Virus record (IMG/VR): IMGVR_UViG_3300005239_000040
Location: 1-38,130 of that record
Reading direction: 5' to 3' (one strand)
From: a virus
Lineage: Duplodnaviria > Caudoviricetes
DNA: 38,130 bases
Made by a program: the position numbers and the translations under genes. This document shows positions 18,272-28,240 of this stretch, one piece after another. Numbering within the stretch: position 1 is the stretch's first letter; every line of letters starts with the position of its first letter. Below the pieces are notes generated by a model. That model saw only the letters and a program-made list of their open reading frames with translations. It was not told where the DNA came from and ran no database searches.

Positions 18272-19660
18272 ATGGTAGCAATCGTAACCGATGATTTAAA
18301 GAAAACAGTTGTAGCAGAATTAATCTCTGATGTAGGTGATTCAGCAAGCAACTATTATATTGGTATTGGTAAGTCCGATCAATGGAATATTACTGATACA
18401 CCACCAACACCAGTTCCTACAGATAGAGAAGAACGGGACTTTCGTGCAAATCTTCAGTCTGTTATTAAAACTACTGATGTTAGTTATGTTGCTCCTAGAT
18501 ATAACTGGGCAGCTGGCACAATCTATCAAGCATATAGTGACGAAAAGACCGCAACTGGCACTATTACAAATGGTCAATACTATGTAATGACTGCATCAAA
18601 CAGAGTATATATTTGTATACAGCAAGGTAAAGATGATGCAGGAACAATTCAACCCTCTAGTGTAGACCCTGATACAACTCTGACTACTTCTGGTCCCGGT
18701 GTTGCAACTGCGGATGGATATATTTGGAAGTATCTTTATACACAATCTGCTTTGAGATTGAGTAAGTTTGGTTCTGCTAACTTTATTCCAGTAGAATTTG
18801 TTGGTAGTGGTTCACTTACCTCTATTGAAACAGCACAGAAAAATGTTCAGAATGCTGCTATTACGGGTTCTATCATTGGATATAAGGTAATCTCTCCCGG
18901 CTCTGGATATGCTATTAGTGATACTGTAACTATTCAAGGTAACGGTAGTTTTGCTAGAGCTAAATTGACTGCTGACCCTACTTCTGGTGTTATTAGAAAA
19001 GTAGAGATTGATGACTCTGCTGCTATTCCTATTGGGTCTGGATATAATTTTGCTAATATTAAAATCAATACTTCTACAGGAACAGGGGCAGTCATTAGAC
19101 CTGTGATTTCCAAAAAAGGTATTGGTGCTGATGCTAGAGAAGACCTTAGAGCAGGGGCAGTTATGTTCAATGCTAAAATTGTAGGTGAAGCTGGCGAAGG
19201 TGATTTTATCATCAATAATGACTTTAGACAGGTAGGGTTAATTAGAAATCCAACTGTTCCTACTAGTCGGGCTCCTGCTAATGGTGCCGCTGATTCAGAT
19301 TTTACAGCAACTACTGGTTCTGCACTTAGAATTCTTACTTTAGATTCTGCTATTACAACAGGTATTCAGCAAGACGATCTTTTGGTAGGAGATAACACTG
19401 GTGCAAAAGGGTTTGTGGATAAGGTCAATGGACCACAGATTTCCTACCACCAAAACGACAACACAGGTTACTTAGCATTTAGCTCTGCTGATGTTGCTAT
19501 CAATGATTCGTTAGGAACCAAATCTCCTGCTGCTTTTCTGTCAGATTCTGATGGTGAAGTTAATCCTTTCAGTGGGGATGTGCTATATATTGAGAACAGA
19601 TCAGCAATCCTTCGCAGTAGTGTCGGAACGGAAGACATTAAAATGATTGTGCAGTTTTAA
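18272..19660 (+). CDS. gp8: Baseplate wedge subunit
   Basis: Motifs YYIGIGK..W, PRYNW..GT.Y, YYVMT..RVYIC, DGYIWKYLY, NDFRQVGLIRNP and SGDVLYIENRSAI.R..EDIK. Confidence 0.92.
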   Translation: MVAIVTDDLKKTVVAELISDVGDSASNYYIGIGKSDQWNITDTPPTPVPTDREERDFRANLQSVIKTTDVSYVAPRYNWAAGTIYQAYSDEKTATGTITNGQYYVMTASNRVYICIQQGKDDAGTIQPSSVDPDTTLTTSGPGVATADGYIWKYLYTQSALRLSKFGSANFIPVEFVGSGSLTSIETAQKNVQNAAITGSIIGYKVISPGSGYAISDTVTIQGNGSFARAKLTADPTSGVIRKVEIDDSAAIPIGSGYNFANIKINTSTGTGAVIRPVISKKGIGADAREDLRAGAVMFNAKIVGEAGEGDFIINNDFRQVGLIRNPTVPTSRAPANGAADSDFTATTGSALRILTLDSAITTGIQQDDLLVGDNTGAKGFVDKVNGPQISYHQNDNTGYLAFSSADVAINDSLGTKSPAAFLSDSDGEVNPFSGDVLYIENRSAILRSSVGTEDIKMIVQF

Positions 19661-19675
19661 AAGGTAAAATAAGAA

Positions 19676-22600
19676 ATGCCAAATACGTTTAACGAAAATA
19701 CATTTGCTACTACCTATAAGGATGACTACAAAGATAGTGATAACTATCATCGTATTCTGTTTAACTCTGGACGATCTTTGCAAGCCAGAGAACTTACACA
19801 GATGCAAACAATCATCCAGAAAGAACTGGCAAGACTTGGTAGGCACATCTTTAAGGAAGGTGCTGTTGTAAACCCCGGTGGATTAATGGTAGATGATGCT
19901 TATGAGTTTGTTAAACTTGCTGATGCATCTCCTTCTGTTTACCCCGGTGACATTCTGACTGCTACTACCAGCAATGGCGTAAAGGCTGAAGTTCTTGAAG
20001 TTGTAGAACAAACAGGTAGTGATCCTGCTACAGTGTACGTTAAATACATTAATGCTGGCACTGCCACTTCAAGTTCTGCTCCTATTAGATTTTCTGTTGG
20101 TCAGGCACTGGACAATGGTGATGAATCTGGTAATGGTGGTTCAGGTGTAACTGTTGCTCCTGCTACAAAGAACCCTGTAGTCGGTCAAGGATTTAAAGTA
20201 TCCGTAAACTTAGGTGGATATTTCACTAGAGGACATTTTGTGCAGTCCTTGCCGCAAGGTGTTATTATTAGTAAGTATAGTAACAACCCTACTACAAATG
20301 TCGGGTTCTTGATTGCAGAAGATATTGTTACTGTTACTGATACTAATGACCTTTATGATAATCAGCTTGGGTATGCCAACGAAACTGCACCGGGTGCAGA
20401 CAGATATAGAATTAGACTTACTCTTGCAAACCAAGAATTTGTAGACTCTGCTGATAACTTTATTGTTATTAATAGATTTGTCAATGGTATTATGCAGCAA
20501 GAGATTGATGAAAATGATAACTATAATATCATTGGTGATGAACTTGCACAAAGAACCAAAGAAGAGTCTGGTAGTTATACAGTAGACGACTTCCAAGTTA
20601 AGTTCAGACCAAGTAAATCTGGAACAGATTACCTTGATTTAGAAGTATCTCCGGGTGTTGCATATGTAAATGGGTATAGAGTTTCTAAACCAGCATCTAG
20701 CATCATTACTGTAGAAAAGCCAAGAAGCACAGAGAAATTTGAAAACGAAAATATTCCTGTAAGTTATGGTAACTATGTAGTAACTTCAGGGACTGTAGGC
20801 CTTCCTGATATTAGCAGCAATCAAATTTATAGATTGTATACTGCTGCTGATGTAGGTGGAACTGTTATTGGCAACTGTAAAGTTAGAGCAGTAGAATCTC
20901 AAGGTGATGGCACATACAGATACTACATCTTTGATGTGCAATTAGTTGCTGGTCAAAATTTTAGAGATACTAGAAGTATCGGTGTTGACGCAACTCATTA
21001 TGCTAACATTAAAATTGATGATACTAACAGTATTGCTGTAATTCAGCAAGAAACAAATAATAACGTATTCTTTGATCTTCCTAGAAACAGACCTTCTAGT
21101 CTAGAAGATTTTGACTTAACTATTCAAAGACATTTAAGTCAGACAGCAAGTAGTAATCAAATTGCCTTTACACTGAGTGGCACAGAGACTTTTGTTGATA
21201 CAACTCTTTGGCTATTAGTGCGAGATGACACAGGGGTAGTTGTTCCAGTTACACCAAGTAACACAACTCTTTCAGGTGACTCTAAGCAAGTAACTATCAA
21301 TACGGGACTTGTAGACGGTGTATTATATCGGTTACTGGCATATGTAGATTTGGGAGCAGGTGCTACTCAAAGAACAAAGACAAAGACATTTGGTGGCACT
21401 GCTACACTTACATGGGATAGTGACGGCAATGGCATTCGTTTTGCAGAATTACCAAACACTGACATTTATGAATTTTTGGAAGTATTAGACTTTGATAGTA
21501 ATAATATCAGTTCCAAGGTAACTACAGATGATGGGCAGAGAGATAACTTCTATCAGAAAGGTAGAGTAATTCTCAGAGGTAGTGAGGCTTTACCTAGAAA
21601 CAATACAGTCAAAGTCAAGTATAATTACTTTGAGCATACAGCAGGAGATTTCTTCTCTCGTAACTCATATATTGGTGCAGTTGCATATGAAGATATTCCT
21701 ACCTATAGAATGCAGAATGGTTTTGAAGTAGAACTGAGAGATGTTCTGGATTTCAGAGGGGTGCAGGATAGTACATCTACTGGATTTGATGGAGCAGAAG
21801 CACTTGTTACACCACTACCTAGAAATACTAGTGCTATTGGTGCTGACATTACCTACTACGATCCAAGAAACGATATTCTTGTAGTCACAGAAGAAGGGGA
21901 TATCCAATACATTACTGGTCAACCAAACGTTAATCCAGTAATTCCTTCTGTGCCAAGTACGTCTATGCACACTCATAGTTTTGCATTGAACGCATATACT
22001 GATAATGAAGATGACCTTGGTGTAAGACCTGTAGATAACAGAAGATACACCATGCGTGATATTGGCAACATTGCCAAGCGTATTGATAATCTTGAAGAAG
22101 TGACATCTCTTACATTGTTAGAACTTGAAACATCTTCTTTAGAAGTTCTAGACTCTGCTGGTAATAATAGATTCAAGAATGGTTTCTTTGCTGATAATTT
22201 CAAAGACTTAGCTTTTGCTGATATCTTTGCTACAGATTACAGTGCTTCACATGATGCTGTTAATCAGTTAATTATGCCTAGTGTTGGACAAAACAGTGTA
22301 AGGTTGATTATAGATTCTGATGCATCTGTTGCTGCTAACACTGTTAGAAAAGGTGACTTCATCTATCTCTCATATAATGAAGTCCTTGAAATTGACCAGA
22401 ATGTTGCAACAGAAACAATGAACATTAACCCATTTGCGGTTGTTAGTTTTATTGGTCAACTTGAGTTATCCCCTGACCAAGATCAGTGGAGAGAGGATGT
22501 ATTCCTTGAAGCACCTAGAGCGCAAAGAGCGCTCAGAGTTAGAAGACGTAGAGGTAGAAACCTAACTCCTAGACAAAGAAGACGTAGAGCTAGATTTATC

Positions 22601-24928
22601 CAAAGACCTATCAGGGTTGAGGCATTTAATACTGATGCACAACCATCAGTAGGTTCCTTATCTTCTTTTAATGGATTAGAATTAGGTGAGTTTATTGATA
22701 CTCCTGACAGAAGACTGTCTTCTACTACTAGAACTTCCACAAGAAGGTCTTTTAATCGGAGAACAATTACAACTGGTACTATCGTAAGGTCTTTAATTGG
22801 TCGCAGAGTTGTAGACATTTCTTTACTGCCATTTATTAGACATAGAAAAGTATTCTTCAGAGGAACTGGTCTGGCACCAGACAGAGAACACTTCATGTTC
22901 TTTGATAATGAAGGCATGTCTAACTATGTAAAACCTGAAGCATTCCAGTCTTTCAGTGATAGTGGTGGTAATGTAGAGCAGAACTATGGTGGTGGACAGT
23001 TCCAGAATAACACTGTGCATCCACAAGGTATTGGTGCACTGACTACAGATGCATTTGGAACTGTTACTGGTTCATTCTTCTTGCCAAACAATGACACTCT
23101 CAGATTTGATGCTGGTATTAAACCAGTAAAACTTCTGGATGTAAATACTAATAATGAAAGCGTTGCTCTTTCTCAGGCACATGCAACTTACGAAGCACAA
23201 GGTGTTAGGGTTACACTTCAAGATGTAGTGGCTACAAGCAGAAGAGCAACATCAACAACTGTAATGCTTCCAAGACCTAGAAACAGAGACCCACTAGCAC
23301 AGTCTTTCTGGATTCAAAATCAGAATGGTGGATATCTCACATCCATTGATGTATACTTTGCTAATAAGCCTGATGGGTCTACTGACAACACTCCTATTCA
23401 ATTAGAACTTAGACCACTTCGTAATGGTGTTCCTTCTCAGGAAGAGATTGTTCCGGGCAGTATTGTAACACTCAATCCAAATGATGTTAATGTTGTTTCC
23501 TTGGCTGATGCAACTGCACTTGGTGAAGGTGCAATGGCAAAGATCAGACAAGATGCTAAGACTACCTTTACCTTTGAAAGACCCCTTTATGTTGAAGGCA
23601 ATACGCAGTATGCATTTGTTCTGATTGCTAACACTAATAATTATGAAGCATATGTTTCTGAGATTGAAGATTTCCTTGTAGGGTCTAATACCAGAAGAGT
23701 AATGAAGCAACCTTCTTTGGGTTCCTTGTTTAAGTCACAAAACTCTATTACATGGACACCAGATCAAAGACGTGATATGATGTTCAGAATCAATAGAGCA
23801 GACTTCTCTACTAGTGGCACTGCATATTTGGAGAATGCTCCGGGTGTAAATGCTCTACTGGCTTCTGATCCAATTATGCTTGATAGTGTTGTAGCAAACG
23901 ACAGTGACGTTGTTCTGTTCTTCCCTAACCACGGGTATACAGTTAATGACACTATTGAACTTAGTGGACTTGATTCTACTACCAACTATGGAGACCTTTC
24001 AGGTGCAAGCTTGCTTGGTGAAAGAACTGTAACTAAAGTAGACACACAAAGTCTGACATTCAAAGCAGACTCGGTATCTACTAGAACTGAGTTTATTGGT
24101 GGTGCAGGTATTTCTATTGAGAAACAAGTTATTATGGATGAAGTCACTCCTGTGATTGACTTCTTTGCTCTTCCTGCTACAACTACAACATTTAATGGTA
24201 GGTTCACTGACTTTGTGTCTATGCCTGTTGCTAACGACTCTACTAATGTAGCATACGGTGTTCCTACTAATGGGTTTAATTTCATTCCTAATGAAACCAT
24301 TGTATTTGAATACCCTAGAGTAGTCGCAAATACCTATCAGGAAAGAGATGAAGCAACTCTTGGTGGTGCCAATAAAAAGTCTGTAGAAATTTCTGCTGCA
24401 CTTACAACAAATGACACCTATGTATCTCCATTGATTGACTTAACAACTGCATCTTTGGACGCAGTAAATAATATCATTGATAATCCTGTAGACTCTGATG
24501 GTGCAGTAGATGCAGCAAATACTGTAAACTTCCCTATTGAGTTTGCAGCAGAGACTGATCCAGACGGTACTACTGCTGCTAAACATGTAACCATTCCTGT
24601 AGGATTGGCAGAGGCAGCAGTTGGTCTTAAGGTATTTGTTGCTGCTAGTGTTCCTACTGTAGCAGACATTGATCTTTACTACAGGACATTGGAACCGGGT
24701 GCAGATGTAGAACTTGATACTGTAAACTACATTGAAGCAACTATTGATAATGTTTTACCTAAGTCTGATAACCGTGACGTGTTTAGAGAGCATCAATATA
24801 CTATTGGTGGTCTAGGAGGAAACCTTTCTCCGTTCACTACATTCCAATTAAAGATTGTAATGAGGTCACAAAATTCTTCTAAGGTTCCTCTTATTAAAGA
24901 CATTAGAGCAGTTGCATTAGGCACATAA
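19676..24928 (+). CDS. Large virion structural protein, VrlC-like (DUF4815)
   Basis: Y.DDY..NYHRILFN.GR.LQARELTQMQTI.Q, APGADRY, A.RT.EESG.Y, DGQRDNFY, NRRYTMRDI, RFKNGFFADNF, DPLAQSF and GSLFKSQN..TW. Confidence 0.9.
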   Translation: MPNTFNENTFATTYKDDYKDSDNYHRILFNSGRSLQARELTQMQTIIQKELARLGRHIFKEGAVVNPGGLMVDDAYEFVKLADASPSVYPGDILTATTSNGVKAEVLEVVEQTGSDPATVYVKYINAGTATSSSAPIRFSVGQALDNGDESGNGGSGVTVAPATKNPVVGQGFKVSVNLGGYFTRGHFVQSLPQGVIISKYSNNPTTNVGFLIAEDIVTVTDTNDLYDNQLGYANETAPGADRYRIRLTLANQEFVDSADNFIVINRFVNGIMQQEIDENDNYNIIGDELAQRTKEESGSYTVDDFQVKFRPSKSGTDYLDLEVSPGVAYVNGYRVSKPASSIITVEKPRSTEKFENENIPVSYGNYVVTSGTVGLPDISSNQIYRLYTAADVGGTVIGNCKVRAVESQGDGTYRYYIFDVQLVAGQNFRDTRSIGVDATHYANIKIDDTNSIAVIQQETNNNVFFDLPRNRPSSLEDFDLTIQRHLSQTASSNQIAFTLSGTETFVDTTLWLLVRDDTGVVVPVTPSNTTLSGDSKQVTINTGLVDGVLYRLLAYVDLGAGATQRTKTKTFGGTATLTWDSDGNGIRFAELPNTDIYEFLEVLDFDSNNISSKVTTDDGQRDNFYQKGRVILRGSEALPRNNTVKVKYNYFEHTAGDFFSRNSYIGAVAYEDIPTYRMQNGFEVELRDVLDFRGVQDSTSTGFDGAEALVTPLPRNTSAIGADITYYDPRNDILVVTEEGDIQYITGQPNVNPVIPSVPSTSMHTHSFALNAYTDNEDDLGVRPVDNRRYTMRDIGNIAKRIDNLEEVTSLTLLELETSSLEVLDSAGNNRFKNGFFADNFKDLAFADIFATDYSASHDAVNQLIMPSVGQNSVRLIIDSDASVAANTVRKGDFIYLSYNEVLEIDQNVATETMNINPFAVVSFIGQLELSPDQDQWREDVFLEAPRAQRALRVRRRRGRNLTPRQRRRRARFIQRPIRVEAFNTDAQPSVGSLSSFNGLELGEFIDTPDRRLSSTTRTSTRRSFNRRTITTGTIVRSLIGRRVVDISLLPFIRHRKVFFRGTGLAPDREHFMFFDNEGMSNYVKPEAFQSFSDSGGNVEQNYGGGQFQNNTVHPQGIGALTTDAFGTVTGSFFLPNNDTLRFDAGIKPVKLLDVNTNNESVALSQAHATYEAQGVRVTLQDVVATSRRATSTTVMLPRPRNRDPLAQSFWIQNQNGGYLTSIDVYFANKPDGSTDNTPIQLELRPLRNGVPSQEEIVPGSIVTLNPNDVNVVSLADATALGEGAMAKIRQDAKTTFTFERPLYVEGNTQYAFVLIANTNNYEAYVSEIEDFLVGSNTRRVMKQPSLGSLFKSQNSITWTPDQRRDMMFRINRADFSTSGTAYLENAPGVNALLASDPIMLDSVVANDSDVVLFFPNHGYTVNDTIELSGLDSTTNYGDLSGASLLGERTVTKVDTQSLTFKADSVSTRTEFIGGAGISIEKQVIMDEVTPVIDFFALPATTTTFNGRFTDFVSMPVANDSTNVAYGVPTNGFNFIPNETIVFEYPRVVANTYQERDEATLGGANKKSVEISAALTTNDTYVSPLIDLTTASLDAVNNIIDNPVDSDGAVDAANTVNFPIEFAAETDPDGTTAAKHVTIPVGLAEAAVGLKVFVAASVPTVADIDLYYRTLEPGADVELDTVNYIEATIDNVLPKSDNRDVFREHQYTIGGLGGNLSPFTTFQLKIVMRSQNSSKVPLIKDIRAVALGT

Positions 24929-24932
24929 ACTT

Positions 24933-25142
24933 ATGCAAGATGATTATGTTCAAGTTGAAGGTAGTCCCGGATTAGTCAGAGATAAGACTTCCGGGGCTAT
25001 TATAAATACAGATAAATCCGCATTAGAGTTTGCTAAGGCAAGAAAGATTGCTCAAAAGCAAGATAAAGAACGATTAAATAAATTAGAGAATGATGTGAGT
25101 GATATAAAAAGACTTTTGGAGAAACTAGTAAATGACAACTGA
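24933..25142 (+). CDS. Small conserved coiled-coil protein typically following VrlC
   Basis: VEG.PGLVRD..SGAIINTD..LENDVSDIK.LL. Confidence 0.75.
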   Translation: MQDDYVQVEGSPGLVRDKTSGAIINTDKSALEFAKARKIAQKQDKERLNKLENDVSDIKRLLEKLVNDN

Positions 25143-26388
25143 TAGCTTTCCTTTACGGTTAGACACTAGCACTGGTGTTATTAAATTTATCGAGACTGAT
25201 TCTGATGATTTGATTGTCTTGGCAGCAAAATGTGGGCAATATCTTGCCGATACATTTGACTCTACTTCTAAAGGTAGATGGGAGTTAAAGTCAGGCACAG
25301 GAGACGCTGGATATGTTGGCAGTATTGTAGACACATATTACACTGATCAAACAGCTGGAACTTTACTGGATAGTTCTTCAGTAAGCCAATTGATTACAGA
25401 TACATTACATTTAGGTTTAATATCTACTAATAATATTAATCAAAAAGTTCCTCCTTCTGGAGATGCGATTGCATACCCTTTGAGATATGACAGAACTTTA
25501 GCGGGTCTTCAAGAAATTGGCGACTCTGGTGGTTCTGACCCTGCATATGCAGCTGCACTAGATGCTATTATTAGTTTAATCTTTCAGCACGATTTGCCCG
25601 GTGTTTATAGAATGGCTCCACATACTGAAATGGATGAAGACACCTTCGGAACGCCAATTGGTTTAGATAGCGCAGAAGCTGTGCAATTATCCTACTTGGA
25701 TAGTGATGAATGGACAATGGTTCTTGATCTTCCGCAAGAATACGATGCGTCCTCATCTACTAAGACTTATAGTGAAAGGGCAAGAATTTATCAAAAAACT
25801 GGCATTACCTATAACTCTGCTACGGATCAACTTATTAAAAGCAAAAGACCTGATGGTGGATTAAGACTTCTTAAAAAGAGGTCTATTGGCGCTATTTTTC
25901 TTGGTGTTGGTACAATGGGAGGTAATGCTGATACCTCAACCAATCTGGAGATGCAAGAGTTTTTTGCTGGAGGTCTTTTAAATAGAATTTTTTCAAACCA
26001 AGGGCAAAATAGACCCGGACATTTTCAAGTTACTACAAGTGCAACTCCACCAGCTGGATATAGAAACATAGGTTCATATATGGACTTGCGTAACGCAATT
26101 GTCCATGCTGGAGCTGACCAAGAAAGCCTTAATGTTTCTGGTCCCGGAAGTCCCGGAACATTCTCCAGTCAGTTTTCTTGGCGTTCACCTGATGCGGCCA
26201 GGGCGAGGCAAGGCCAGCGGAGATTAGTTTATGGGGTGTCAGGAACACCGCAGGGGAGTCAATCGTTTCAAACTCAACGTAGACTATATTACATTCAGCG
26301 TACCAACCGGAGAATAAAATACTTTAGTCCTAGTATATCTGCCAGCAAATTCATTAATGAGACTTACCACTTACATGTAAAGATTTAA
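25132..26388 (+). CDS. Hypothetical virion/fibre-associated protein
   Basis: 418 aa ORF overlapping the previous gene. It has a DS-rich N-terminal half, repeated (F/Y)PLR.D motifs and a basic C-terminus. Confidence 0.6.
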   Translation: MTTDSFPLRLDTSTGVIKFIETDSDDLIVLAAKCGQYLADTFDSTSKGRWELKSGTGDAGYVGSIVDTYYTDQTAGTLLDSSSVSQLITDTLHLGLISTNNINQKVPPSGDAIAYPLRYDRTLAGLQEIGDSGGSDPAYAAALDAIISLIFQHDLPGVYRMAPHTEMDEDTFGTPIGLDSAEAVQLSYLDSDEWTMVLDLPQEYDASSSTKTYSERARIYQKTGITYNSATDQLIKSKRPDGGLRLLKKRSIGAIFLGVGTMGGNADTSTNLEMQEFFAGGLLNRIFSNQGQNRPGHFQVTTSATPPAGYRNIGSYMDLRNAIVHAGADQESLNVSGPGSPGTFSSQFSWRSPDAARARQGQRRLVYGVSGTPQGSQSFQTQRRLYYIQRTNRRIKYFSPSISASKFINETYHLHVKI

Positions 26389-26410
26389 AAAAATTAGGAG
26401 TTAATTTACT

Positions 26411-26893
26411 ATGCAAGAACAGAATGAAATTTTGAGAGCGAAATATAACAATCCAGTCTGGTTAAACAATGACAAATCTACTATTGAAGTTTTAGAACAT
26501 TCGAAGATCGGGAAAATTTCTAGAAAACAAAACTTAGTTGTTGAAAAGTGGAATGATGATGAAAAAGAATTAGAGAACCCACTTTTCAATACAATTATGA
26601 GTGTTTATTCTGAAGAAGAAATTGATGAATTGACAAAAAAACATAATGAAAACCAAAAACAAGAAAATAAAAAAGAAGCAGAAAGAGAAAGAGAAGAAGA
26701 AGAAGTAACTCGATTACAAAATTTATTTAAAACAAAATTAGATATTTTTAACATTCCATCTATTAATGAATCTAATGATCGAGAATTTAAATCTCAAATT
26801 AGAAAAGCGAAATCTAACGTAGAGGCAACAGCTCTTACTGTAATGTTAATGATGAAAGAAATGGAACACAAAAATGATAATGAGGACACTTGA
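26411..26893 (+). CDS. Hypothetical protein (possible fibre assembly chaperone)
   Basis: SD AGGAG upstream. NPVWLNNDKSTIEV N-terminus followed by a charged helical C-terminus. AT-rich. Confidence 0.5.
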   Translation: MQEQNEILRAKYNNPVWLNNDKSTIEVLEHSKIGKISRKQNLVVEKWNDDEKELENPLFNTIMSVYSEEEIDELTKKHNENQKQENKKEAEREREEEEVTRLQNLFKTKLDIFNIPSINESNDREFKSQIRKAKSNVEATALTVMLMMKEMEHKNDNEDT

Positions 26894-27512
26894 GGTAAAA
26901 GATAGTTATGTGCTTTCTAAATTAGATTTAATAGAAGATAGATTATTAAATCTAAATCATAGTGATCTTGAAATAAATTTTGAACATACATCTAATAACT
27001 TAGACTCAAAAGATGAAAAATTATCAGAAAATTACTTGCATGATATTATAAATCGTGGTAGAATGCATGATGGATATCCAGAGTTTCAACCATCTTATGA
27101 AAGTAAATCTTTAGGTGGTAAAATTGATAGTGGTATTTATCAATATACCATTGATTTAATCGAGTATATGTTTTCTGAAAGAAACTGTTTAGGGGTTTTA
27201 TATCCTCCTAAATCATATTGTAGCTGGCATAATAATGCTAATGCAGCAGGATATGGTATTATGTTCTCTTGGTCTGCCACTGGTGAAGGTGACTTTAGAT
27301 ATTGGGACTTAGATAAAAAAGAAGTTGTTGTAATTCCTGACAAAAAAGGGTGGAATGTGAAAACCTTTTACTTTGGTAATTATGATTATCCTGAAAAATT
27401 AATATACCACGCTTCATCTAACAACTGTTTACGTTACAGTATGGGGTTTAATTTTTTGGAAGAAGAGAAAACTTGGGAAGATACAAATAAAATGTTGGAA
27501 AATAATGAGTAA
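26874..27512 (+). CDS. Putative 2OG-Fe(II) oxygenase / cupin-fold protein
   Basis: YPPKSYCSWHNN..G.F.Y..IYHASSNNCLRYSMGF fits a double-stranded beta-helix pattern Hx(N)..H..RxS. Confidence 0.6.
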   Translation: MIMRTLEVKDSYVLSKLDLIEDRLLNLNHSDLEINFEHTSNNLDSKDEKLSENYLHDIINRGRMHDGYPEFQPSYESKSLGGKIDSGIYQYTIDLIEYMFSERNCLGVLYPPKSYCSWHNNANAAGYGIMFSWSATGEGDFRYWDLDKKEVVVIPDKKGWNVKTFYFGNYDYPEKLIYHASSNNCLRYSMGFNFLEEEKTWEDTNKMLENNE

Positions 27513-28224
27513 GGGTATTATTGTAGTAGCAACTAATGAGATATACTATTACGATGCTGCATGTCAATTAGCAGAATCTATTAAAGATTATACTCCAGAT
27601 TTTAATGTTACACTATTCACAGAACAAAAATTTATAGATAATAAATCTAAAATTTTTAACAATGTTATTACTGATATTCCAACACATGAAAATCATAATG
27701 TGACTAAAAGAACTAAAATGTGGGCTATGGCGAATTCTCCTTATGATACTACATTATATCTTGATGCGGATATGGAAATTGTGAATAGTGAATTTTCTAC
27801 AGTATTCGAACAAATTAAAGATAATGATCTACTTTGGACAAAAATTACTGAAGATAGAAAGTATGCATTTTTGTTTATTAAAAGTGGAGATGTTACTTTT
27901 ACCTATCATGGGGGAATATGCCTCTACAAGTCATCAGCAAAACCATTTATGATGGACTGGTATAACCGTTGGAAGAAACAAGCAAACTTTGAATGGTGGC
28001 CCGGTGATGTTAATCAATACCCAAAATTATTAAGTAATTTTGACCAATTTACTTTATGGTGGTTGCTAAATAAAGAGGGTGATAAATATAAATATTTAAA
28101 GCATGATTTTTTTGAAGATGATACAAGGTGGAATGCAGTTGTTCAGTACGAGGCTCATAGCGAAAATTTAGGACATGGAAAGTCCCCTATTATTTGTCAT
28201 TATGCGGGAAGTAATAATCACTAA
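27505..28224 (+). CDS. GT-A fold glycosyltransferase
   Basis: KGIIVVAT, VTLFT, RTKMWAMANSPYDTTLYLDAD (DxD), GGICLY, FDQFTLW, RWN and PIICHY. Confidence 0.85.
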   Translation: MSKGIIVVATNEIYYYDAACQLAESIKDYTPDFNVTLFTEQKFIDNKSKIFNNVITDIPTHENHNVTKRTKMWAMANSPYDTTLYLDADMEIVNSEFSTVFEQIKDNDLLWTKITEDRKYAFLFIKSGDVTFTYHGGICLYKSSAKPFMMDWYNRWKKQANFEWWPGDVNQYPKLLSNFDQFTLWWLLNKEGDKYKYLKHDFFEDDTRWNAVVQYEAHSENLGHGKSPIICHYAGSNNH

Positions 28225-28240
28225 CTAAGGAATACAATAA

